From Octopus vulgaris (Eukaryota), in the NCBI GenBank assembly GCA_951406725.2, contig OX597823.1:87358001-87422000 (forward strand): a stretch of 64,000 nucleotides of DNA, written 5' to 3'. Made by a program: the position numbers and the translations under genes. The first letter of the stretch is position 1; the number at the start of each line of letters is the position of its first letter. Below, one piece after another: positions 52,395-64,000 of the stretch. Under the pieces are notes generated by a model. It was given only the letters and a program-made list of their open reading frames with translations. It was not told the DNA's origin and did no database searches.

Positions 52395-52942
52395 GTCTAT
52401 GTATCTATCAAGACGATGTTAAAGAAATGGCAGAATTACTGTAAAAACAATACTGCTCTGTATTTAGTGATCCCACTCATATTGGTGTAAAAGATCTGAA
52501 CAAAATCGATCCTCCACATATAATCTCGGACATAACTTTACTGCTTCAGACATCAAAGCAGCCTAAATCAAGTTTATGGATAATAGAAGCAAATATTGTT
52601 GAAATAGGGATACATTTCAAAAAGGGCAGTTTTGAAAGTAAAACTGTGGCGAGCAGTATGGTGAGTTAGAACCTTCAAATATGTCACAGAAGCAAGGGAT
52701 GCAAAACATTTTGAATAAGTTCGTGAAACAAATATTTCGCATTCCGATTCTTGGTGTATAATAAACTATCTCAGAGAGACAAAGGTGAGATGACATTCTG
52801 TAGATATTTACTATAAATTCACCCGTTGTGTATGAATATAAGTGACACATGGAGAAGTGAACATCAAACGAATGAATCGTTAGAATGTTTGCACAAATAT
52901 TTTGTCTGAAATATTTGATCATACACATATGCACCCGCATCT

Positions 52943-53001
<59 letters not shown>

Positions 53002-53078
53002 TACACACACGAAGAGCATATAATTTGTTTATATGTCAACATTTGTTTATATGTAAAGTTATAATAAAAGAATTTAAT

Positions 53079-53466
53079 GGTTGGAAGCACTCCGTCGGTT
53101 ACGACGACGAGGGTTCCGGTTGATCCGAATCAACGGAACAGCCTGCTCGTGAAATTAACGTGTAAGTGGCTGAGCACTCCACAGACACGTGTACACTTAA
53201 CGTAGTTCTCGGGGATATTCAGCATGACACAGAGAGTGACAAGGCCAGTCCTTTGAAATACAGGTACAACAAAAACAGGAAGTAAGAGTGAGAGAAAGTT
53301 GTGGTGAAAGAGTACAGCATGGATCACCACCATCCCTGCTGGAGCCTCGTGGAGCTTTAGGTGTTTTCGCTCAATAAACACTCACAACGCCCGGTCTTGG
53401 AATCGAAACCGCGATCCTATGACCGCGAGTCCGCTGCCCTAACCACTGGGCCATTGCTCCTCCACT
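53079..53466 (-). mobile_element. Full-length SINE family C
   Basis: Reverse complement of 26577-26960; 12-bp TSD AAAGAATTTAAT at 53067-53078 and 53467-53478. Confidence 0.92.
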
Positions 53467-54129
53467 AAAGAATTTAATATTAAACTGAAGAATAAGTCGG
53501 TGATCTGGTAGAATCGCTTGCACATCGGGTAAAATGCTTTGCTGCATCTCGTCCGTCTTTACATTGTGTTCAAATTGAGCCGAATCAACTTTTCCTTTCA
53601 CCATTTCTCAGTCGAACGAAACTAAGATGGTAATAGGGAATGAAATGCAATACATAAAAATACTTTGTCGTTGGATTTCTTCCCTCTTCGCAGAATAAAT
53701 TATACTTTCTAATTAGGAGAAATAAAATATCAATAACTTCAGTGGGGTTGATTAAATAGAATGCAAATCTCAAACTTTGGAATACATATACTCTTTTCTC
53801 TAAGAACAAGGCCTTAAAATTTTGGGGAGGGCGCCAGTCGATTAGATAGACCCCAGTACATAAACGGGGTCTATCAGAGTATTTTATCAGAGTCGATGAA
53901 ATACGAGGTTGAGGAAAAAACTCGCGCACCGTGAGTCAGCATTGAACATGACATGAACTGAATGAATACACACAAAACACAAAAATATAAATACTCTTTT
54001 CCTCTTTTGCTTGTTTCAGTCATTTAACGGTGGCCATGCAGGAGCACCACCTTTAGTCGAGCACATCGACCCCATGACTTATTGTTTGTAAGCCTAGTAT
54101 TTATTCTATCGGTCTGTTTTGCCGAACCG

Positions 54130-54250
<121 letters not shown>

Positions 54251-54990
54251 AAAGTAAATAAATGGTACAACGTAGTACCGATATTTACTGGAAAATAGCG
54301 ATCGTAATAAAAACGACGCTATTGTATAGCTTCACTGCGTATATACTAGCAAAGACGTGTGTGTGCAACAAACATGAAAAAAATTGTCTTACTTCTAGGA
54401 AGAACATCTGAAAAATGAAAAACCTAGAAACGGATAATGCAGGACCGGTTTCAGACTCCTCAAATACGTTTGACAACGTAGATTTGATTTGTCCTCATCA
54501 GCTGCATATACCTAGACAAAATATATATATACATAAGACGGGCTTCTTTCAGTTTCCGTCTACAAAATCCACTCATAAGGCTTTGGTTGGCCCGAGGCTA
54601 TAGTAGAAGAGAGTTGCCCAAGGTGCCACCCATGAAAAATAATTCAAGATTAAAATTATTTTCACACTGGTGGCTGCCGTGCAAAATGTCATTTGCATCG
54701 CAGACTTCAATGTTAAGTGTTGGGACTCTCCATCATGGTAACGCGTACTGAGAAAGGTGAGTCTATCATGCCATTTTAAAAATTTGTCCACGTGAGTCCA
54801 AATACTTGAATGTATGCTGAGAGATTGTCTTAGCCCGATTGCCTTCGGACGGTTGATTTGTGTAGTTATTACCAGTGTATTTTGGCGATTTAAATAGAAT
54901 TTTGACTGTTATTTCCAGTAGATGGACATACTTAGTATGTGCTTTTATTTATTTTAATCTTTCAACTATCATAAATATATGTATTTAGCT

Positions 54991-55060
<70 letters not shown>

Positions 55061-55092
55061 CCGGTCAGTCTGTTTCTCTGTCTGTCTGTTTG

Positions 55093-55200
<108 letters not shown>

Positions 55201-55420
55201 ACTAAATATCTGTCTGTCTGACTATCTGTCTGCATATCTGTGTGTCGGCTTTCCTTTCTGTCTGGCTCTCTGTCTGTCTCTGCCTCCATCTGTCTGTCTG
55301 TCTCTCTCCCTATACACACACACACAAATATATATACACATATTATGTATTCACACGCGCATTCATTCATAAATGCTCAAGCACGTCCGGTGTTGACATC
55401 CTTGCACTGCTGTTGTATAT

Positions 55421-55808
55421 ACTCTTTACTCTTTTACTCTTTTACTTGTTTCAGTCATTTAACTGCGCCTTTAATCGAGCAACTCGACCCCGGGACTTAT
55501 TCTTTGTAAGCCTAGTACTTATTCTATCGGTCTCTTTTGCCGAACCGCTAAGTAACGGAGACGCAAACACACCAGCATCGGTTGTCAAGCAATGCTAGGG
55601 CGACAAACACAGACACACAAACATACACACACATACATATATATACGATAGGCTTCTTTCAGTTTCCGTCTACCAAATCCACTCACAAGGCTTTGGTCGG
55701 CCCGAGGCTATAGTAGAAGACACTTGCCCAAGGTGCCACGCAGCGGGACTGAAACCGGAACCATGTGGTTGGTAAGCAAGCTACTTACCACACAGCCACT
55801 CCTGCGCC
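55421..55808 (-). mobile_element. SINE family A
   Basis: Near full-length match; further copies at ~33005-33345, 48694-49130, 53995-54130, 57950-58295 and 63520-63870. Confidence 0.88.
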
Positions 55809-56706
55809 TATGTATGGTGCTATTATGCAAAAGTGTCGTAACGCCAATACGTTGCATTTTCAGAAAACGAAAAAATAATTCGCTATTCTATTTCTTTTTA
55901 CATTAGTAATAGTTTCAGCTTAACAATAACCCCTTGTTAGGTGCATAAAATCGTATCTCCATGCATTTCAGCCAGGAATAGTTTTGCAAACCTGTCGTAT
56001 GTACGACTTACAGCACTTTTGAAAAATGCTAAACCATTGTACTACCCTTTGACAATTTTCATATCTTGGCAACTGAAGCAGCTGAATATACGATAGTTTC
56101 ATCAAAAGAACCGGCAATTGCAAGTAAAAATACATATTGAAGAAAACGCATTAGGCCACATTTGGATATACGACAGTTTAACAAAATAGCAACAATGTGA
56201 AATAATAAAACGAAATACATAATTCGTATTTATTTTTCTCTTACACTGCATAAATTATGCTAATTTATCGTTAAATATTCCTTAGCCTGGTTAGTGAGTG
56301 TTTATCATAGAAATGTCGATTCAATTCAGAATTGTTTAATAAAAATACACTGTCATTTGCATAATTATGGTAATTGCAATAAAACTGTATTGATATCAAA
56401 GTAACGTCCCTTTGAAGTTGTATATATATATTTTTGATATATTTTTAATTATAAATTTTATTTTGACTTACGAATGTGTTTTCGGGAATTGACTAAACTA
56501 CAGATATTTTCATGAACATTGCATTTGAAGGATTCGAAACTTCAATAAAAGTTTTTTTTTTTTTTTTTTTTGAGAAAATTATAGCTTTCAACCGTTACAA
56601 ACTCTTTTATTTTTATGAAACAGAAAAATTTATCAATTTTGTTCTTTAAAATATCAAACCAATTCAGATACAGAACACCAGCCCGTAATACACACATACA
56701 CACAGA

Positions 56707-56747
<41 letters not shown>

Positions 56748-56838
56748 GCACAGGTACACACACGTAAGTTCACTAACACACACAAACACAAACCTAAATG
56801 GAGACCCGCTCAGATATACACAAGTACACAAAACACAC

Positions 56839-56875
<37 letters not shown>

Positions 56876-58899
56876 GCACATAGATACGGACACACATATA
56901 TATTGACATATATAGGTATATATAGACATATATATATATATAAATATAAATATAAAGAAGTATATGTGTACACGGACATACATACAAACTCATATATACA
57001 AACAAACATACATTATATATATATATGCGTATGTATACATATAAGTGAATATATATATACACGCACACATATATATAAATATATATATATATAAATATAC
57101 ATACATATATATATATACATATATATATACATGTATATATATATATATGTATTCATAGATAATATATATATATATATATATATATACATAGTTGCATATA
57201 TATATATGTACATATATAAATATATATATATATAAATATATACATATATATATAGATACATATATACTTATATATATGTATTTATATATATATGTATATA
57301 TCTATCTATATATACATACATATATATATATACGTATATATATACACATATGTATATATACATATACATACATATACATACATATACCCGCACATACTCA
57401 AACACACACACACACACCTACACACATACTCAGAGGTGAATGCAAATATAGAGTGAAATGTAATGAAACGAAAGATAAATATTTCAATGTTTTAAATATC
57501 GTATTGTATATCGAATTTCAATGGTTATTGAAGAATAACAAAATGTAAACGCAAAACAAAACGAGACAAAACCAAATTCTCACATGTTCTTCTAACCTGA
57601 TGATTATAAATAAAGTACAATACCCGACGATCAAAAAGAAAAACAATCAAAATACTAAATCAAATCGATATTAATATTTGTAAATTTATTGAAATAACTT
57701 TTGAATAAATTAAATGACAAGTCTTATTTATATCTTCAAATATTTGTTATCTTTAACTTGATTCATTCATTGGGCTGCGGTCATGCTGGGGCAATACTTT
57801 GACCAGTGTTTTCTTGAATGAAGCAACTCCAGTATTGAGTGGTTTTATTTTTTGTATTTGTTTTTCTAAGTCTGGTATCATATTCAATTGGCTACTTTTG
57901 CCGAACTGCTAAGTCACGCAGTTGTGAAGAAACCAACACCGACCGGCTGCCAAATTGACCCCAGGACTTATTCTTTGTAAGTCTAGTACTTATTCTATCG
58001 GTCTCTTTTTGCTGAACCGCTAAGTTAGGGGGACGTAGACACACCAGCATCGGTTGTCAAGCGATTTTGGGGGGAGAAACACAAACACAAATATATAGAC
58101 ACAATATATATATATATATATATATATATACACGATGTGCTTTTTTCAGTTTCCGTCTACCAAATCCACTCACAAGGCTTTGGTCGGCCCGAAGCTATAG
58201 TAGAAGACACTTGCCCAAGGTGTCACGCAGTGGGACTGAACCCGGAATCATCTGGCTCGTAAGCAAGCTACTTACCACACAGCCACTCCTACGCATATAT
58301 TTATGCGTATGTGTGTATGTGTGAGTTCGCACTTGTGTGTGTGTGTGTGTGTGTTTGTTTGTTCTTGTCCCCACCACCGCTTGATTTGCTTGCGTCTCTG
58401 TAAGTCAAAACTTCAGAAAAAGAGACCTACAAATAGTATTAGGATGAATTTGCTCGACTAAACTCTCCCAGATGGTGACCCAGATGGTGACCCAGCTTGG
58501 CCGCAGACTGAGACCTGTAAAAAAAGATAAAATAGTTATATATAACTAGAAATATAGAGTTACATTAATAACTGTATCTCGTTGATGATTGATTATAGAT
58601 TGCAATAACAAGATGAAAAATGATTCCAAATGAGAATTTACATTCAAATTGGAGATAAGACGCACAATATTAATAAGGTTAATAATACAACAATGATATT
58701 AATGATCAATTTTACTACAGAGACAAAGTCTGATATTTCGAAGCGTGGGTGATTGTTGTTTTATCAACGCTGGTGTTCAACAGGAACTTATTTTATCGAC
58801 TCTGATAGGATTAAAGGCAAATCAACTCCGGCAGAAATTGAATTCAGAACGTAAAGACGTGTGAAATGTCACTAAGTATTTTAAGCGGCGTGCTTAAAT

Positions 58900-59545
58900 A
58901 TTTATTTCTTTATTACTCATGAGGGGCTAAACACAGAGAGGACAAACAAGGACAGACAAACGGATTAAGTCGATTATATCGACTCCAGTACGTAAATGGT
59001 ACTTATTTTTTATCGACCCCAAAAGTATGACAGGCAAAGTCGACCTCGACAGAATTTGAAGTCAGAACGTAGCGGCAGACGAAATACCTATTTCTTTACT
59101 ACTCACAAGGGGCTAAACACAGAGAGGACAAACAAGGAGAGACAAAGGGATTAAGTCGATTACATCGACCCCAGTACGTAACTGGTACTTATTTAATCGA
59201 CCCCAAAAAGATAAAATGAAAAGACGACATCGGCAGAAATTGAACTCAGAACATAACAGAATACGAAACACCTCTAAACACTTCGCCCGGTATGCTAACG
59301 ATTCTGCCAGCTCAACGCCTTAAAAAATCCTTTCTACTAAACGCACAAGTCCTGGAATGTTAGGGAAGGTAACTAGTCAATTTAACTCCCTCCACCTTAC
59401 TTGGCTGGTGTCTATTTTATCGCCTCCGAAAGGATGAAAGGTAAAGTCAATCTAGGTAGAATTTGAACGCAGAATGTAAACACGACTGAAATGTCGCTAA
59501 GTATTTTGTCCGGCGTGATAACAATTCTGTCAGCTTGCCGCCTTA
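58900..59545 (-). mobile_element. Tandem chain of SINE B copies
   Basis: Three successive units; junction GAAATACC|TATTTCTTTAC at ~59088. Confidence 0.82.
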
Positions 59546-59583
59546 AATAAAAACATTAATAAGATTAATAAGATATATTTATA

Positions 59584-59728
59584 GGCGTAGGAGTGGCTGT
59601 GTGGTAGGTGGCTCGCTTACCAACAACTGCGTTGCACCTTGGGCAAGTGTCTTGTACTATAGCCTCACGCCGACCAAAGCCTTGTGAGTGGATTTGGTAG
59701 ACGGAAACTGAAGGAAGCCCGTCTTATA

Positions 59729-59789
<61 letters not shown>

Positions 59790-59876
59790 ACACCAGCATC
59801 AGTTGTGAAGCGATGTTGGTGGGGACAATCACAGACACACAAACATATACACAAATACATACACACATAAATACAT

Positions 59877-59941
<65 letters not shown>

Positions 59942-60138
59942 TGTGTTTGTCCCCATCAACATCGCTTCACAACTGATGCTGGTGTGTTTACTTCCCCGTA
60001 AATTAACGGTTCTGCAAAAGAGACCGATAGAATAAGTTCTAGGATTACAAAGAATATGTCCTGGGGTCGATTAGCTCGACTAAAAAGCGGTGCTCCAGCA
60101 TGGCCACAGTCAAATGACTGCAACAAGTAAAAGAGTAA
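59584..60138 (+). mobile_element. SINE A with an internal inverted duplication
   Basis: 59785-59830 is the reverse complement of 59946-59990, across a (TA)n tract. Confidence 0.85.
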
Positions 60139-60997
60139 GATTGGTTTCAAACTTTGCCTCAAGGGCAGCTTGGGGGATGGGATCAAGTCGATTACATCGA
60201 CCCTAGTGCATAACTCGTACTTAATTTATCGACCCCGAAAAGATGAAAGGCAAATTCGATCTCGGCGGAATTTGAACTCAGAACATAGCAGCAGTCGAAA
60301 TCCCGCTAAGTATTTCGCCTGGCGTGCTGACGAGTCTGCAAGCTCGCTGCCTTAAATTTTAACATTTATATAACAATTATAATATTAATAACATTGCTCG
60401 TTCCTTAGTTTCAAATTAACTATTCAGGATTTTCCCCGAAACACATTGTCTTCGAAGCCCTTTGATATATTTAGATTCTTTGTGTTTCAAGACTTAATTT
60501 CGTTGAGTGAATTTCTTTCTCTGTCATTAACGCCTTGTTGCATTTCCAAAGATAATGATCTATAATTTAAAAACAAAGCCAGTGATTTTGCGGGAAAAGG
60601 GGTCAGAAATACTTGACTAAGGGATGAAAGGTGAAGGTGACGTCGGCCAGAATGTAAAGAAACGAAACTTACGCTGCCTGGTATTTCTTCTGCAGAATGA
60701 GACCAGACGATTGGACGCCGATGTTTTAATGCTCTCGATTTGGTGCCACTGGCTGGATATCCAACCTGCTTTGGTGGCGGGAATTTTTCGTGCTAGAGGT
60801 AAACACACGCACGTGCGCACATTCGCACGTACGAGCACATTGACAAACTCATTTATATGAATACAAAAATATATACACACACAGAGTAAGTGAGAGAGAA
60901 AGTGTGTGTGAGAGAGAGAGGGGTAGAGATATAGCGACATTAAATATACATACAAACAAAACTCACACACATAAAAACAAGATACTCACACACATAA

Positions 60998-61042
<45 letters not shown>

Positions 61043-62488
61043 AAGAAAGAGAGAGACAGAGAAGTAGAGAGAGAGAAAGAACAAGATTAATATTCATTTC
61101 TTTACTGCCCACACGGGGCTAAACATAGAGGGGACAAACAAGGACATACAAAGGGATTAAGTCGATTACATCGACCCCAGTCCGAAACTGGTACTTTATT
61201 TATCGACCCCGAAAGGATGAAAGGCAAAGTCGACCTCGGTGGAATTTGAACTCAGAACGTAACGTAAAACTACTAATATCAAAGAAGTCAACATTGAGTC
61301 GGCGATGCCACAGATCCCGTGCCGAATCACCCCTGCCAAAAGTCTCACATCCCTTTCTTTTTCCGAGGCTCTAACAATTTTGGACAAAATCTACTTACAT
61401 TTCCTACTCATAGTTTTAGAAAGATCTTTATTCTCTTGTCAAGTCTTTGCCATACATTAACACCAAATTTCTTTCCTGTTATATTACCATTTCTTGCTAT
61501 TTCAAAAGAAAAACCACTAAAAACAGTTTGTTCTTCTCTATGTAAATTTCCTCCATTTCCCGGTTCTAAACCAAACAACTAAGAACATTTCTATATTGTC
61601 ATTTGCCATTCTTTTACGTTCAAGTCATGTTCACTTACTAAACAAGTGTTGTTTGACTTCTATTACCATATATAAGATTTTCAAAAGATTCACGTATCGT
61701 CATTCAGAACCCTTCCCGCTTGGTAACTGTCTTAACTTTCACCATGAAGTGAAATTAAATATTTGCTTATAATTCTGTATTTCTGGGATGAGGAATTTTG
61801 TATTGTGTATTAGGCGCAGTGATCAGGGGTTTCTGGGTTCTTCAGGCTCAGGCGTGGCTGTGTGGCAAGAAGCTTGCCTCCGGTCAAATGACGGGGTCGT
61901 GTTTTTTGTGCTGGTAAGCGTTTTGCTATAATAGGATTCCGTTAGTGTTATCCTTGATGTATTTGTTGAACTGTATTTATTTTTACTACTTCCCGGTATA
62001 TCAGGAAATAGGAACTGTGGCCATTGTGGCATTTTTTTTGGGGGAGGGGGATTTTGGGTAAAAATTCGAAATGGTTTAAGTCATTTCAGACTTTGCTTTT
62101 GTGCCCCGCCCCTAGCGGGGATGAGATTGGAACTATTTTCCTCTATTAGAGGAAAATTTATTATGGGCTTATACTTTAAGTGGAAGCAATAGCTTGTGTT
62201 GAACATTTTCTGTAAACTTTGTAGGCTTTATTCTTGTAGTGAATTAATTTAGATCGATTATGTCGGTCGAAATTATTAAATGCACTCTCGAAGAGGGTGG
62301 TGACAATGTTGGCGCTTGAACAGTCAAGCGACCGGGCATCTGGAAAATAAGAAATAAGAAATAGAGAATAAAAAAAAAATTAGAAATCCCCATTCGTGTT
62401 GTCTGTTTAAAATACGTTTTCGTCATGACTTCAGTGATACTAAATATTCTATAAGCAATTTCTAATGCCTAGTTACTTTCCATCCATT

Positions 62489-62489
<1 letters not shown>

Positions 62490-62576
<87 letters not shown>

Positions 62577-62830
62577 TAGATATTCGTTTTGAAAGATTCT
62601 TGATGTGAAACCGTGTGTTGAAACAGATATTGTTGAATTTGGGGAGGATCATGTTGCCAGTTTAGCCAATAAAACACACGAACTATATATTTGATGTTAA
62701 TCTGTTTCATCTTTATTTATTTATTGCGTGTGTTTTATTGGCTAAACTGGCAACATGACCATCCCCAAATATAACAATATCTGTTTCAACACACGGTTTC
62801 ACATCAAGAATCTTGCAAAATAAATATCTA

Positions 62831-62905
<75 letters not shown>

Positions 62906-62916
62906 TTATCTATCTA

Positions 62917-62950
<34 letters not shown>
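62490..62950. repeat. Long palindrome with ~90-bp unique arms and mirrored (TA)n(GATA)n flanks
   Basis: AAGATTCTTGATGTGAAACCGTGTGTTGAAACAGATATTGTT...AAACACACG (62593-62680) pairs with CGTGTGTTTT...CACATCAAGAATCTT (62728-62814). Confidence 0.92.
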
Positions 62951-62987
<37 letters not shown>

Positions 62988-64000
62988 TCGTCCCGCACTA
63001 CCGCTTTACAGTCGGTCCTGGTGTGTTTACGTCCTCGTAACTGAGCGGTTCGGCAAAAAATTACCAGGCTTAAAAAGGTAAATACTGGGGTTGATTTATT
63101 CGACTAAAAATTCAAGGTAGTGCCCCAGCATGGCTGCAGTCTAACTGACTGAAAAAACCAAAAAAAAATACATACAAAATAACTCTAGATAAACAGAAAG
63201 AGAGAGAGAGATGGGTGAAAAGAGGAAAGAAAGAGAGAGAGAGCGAGAGAGAGGGTGAGATAAACAAGGTAATTATTAAAACATGTAATGTCAAATAAGT
63301 CAGCGTCGAATCAGCGGCGCCATAGAGGCGATGGCAAAACTGCTGTGCCAAAAGTCTCACACCCACTTTTTTGAAACTCTGAAGATGACTGGAGCGTATA
63401 CAATCAAATCACAGTGAAAGCAATATCCAAGGTGAGGATACCAATCCGACTAATATATAATATAAATATTTGTTTCTATCATATCGATTATACTCCGTAT
63501 ATATTATTTTGTATCACTTTTTAATTGTTTCAGTCATATAATTGCGACCATGCTGGGGCACCGCTTTAAGTGGGTTTTAGTTGAACAAATCGATCATAGT
63601 ACTTATATTCCTTTTTAAATCTGCTAGTCATTCTATCGGTCTCATCTGCCGGACTGCTATGTTATTGGAATAATCGTAATTACAATCACACACATACATA
63701 TACAAATGTCTTTCACACAGTTTTCACCTAACAAATTCACTTTTAAAGCCTTGGTCGGCTCGGTGTTATAATAGATGTCAAAGATACTTCCACAAAGTAC
63801 CTAATTGTGGGACTGAGCCAGAAAGACATGGGGTTGCAAAGCGAGCTTCCTAACCACACGATCAGTCCTGTAACTATTCGTTTTTTCTCGCAAATATTCT
63901 TCTTTCGTCTTTCACTTTGACTCGCCGTAGCTCCATTCCAAATACACAGCAACAATAAATAGACAGTATACCATCATGGTCGCAGGCTTCGGACTTAAAA

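Noticed and set aside
56059-56151. Signal-peptide-like minus-strand ORF MRFLQYVFLLAIAGS
   Set aside because: Stops after 30 codons; expected by chance in T-rich DNA
60696-60798. Plus-strand exon-like segment (CAG|AAT...AG|GTAAAC)
   Set aside because: No homology or neighbouring exons recognised

Overview
AT-rich eukaryotic DNA saturated with microsatellites and transposons. The SINE repertoire resembles octopus genomes as I recall them; this is not database-checked. One host gene is reconstructable on the minus strand: five GT-AG coding exons (12995-12869, 11143-10954, 9740-9614, 4992-4853, 3020-2906) splice in frame to 233 aa, the N-terminal half of an oxalate:formate-antiporter-like MFS transporter that continues off the left edge. 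The rest is mostly mobile-element debris: CR1-like LINEs (one nearly intact), R4/Dong-like RLE retroposons beside (TAA)n, HERO-, RTE- and Penelope-like remnants, an IR/DR Tc1 (DD34E), maT (DD37D) and mariner remnants, two piggyBac-type MITEs, two non-autonomous Helitrons and at least five tRNA-derived SINE families. The most unusual signals are (1) a ~300-bp tandem array of tRNA-Thr(CGT)-like units each clamped in its own inverted repeat, (2) recurrent fold-back palindromes, most centred on or flanked by (TA)n, (3) a fixed SINE-on-SINE junction seen four times, and (4) a SINE flanked by a ~150-bp direct duplication. Most ORF-track entries are microsatellite artefacts. All alignments were done by eye, so element boundaries are approximate unless a TSD or splice site is quoted.
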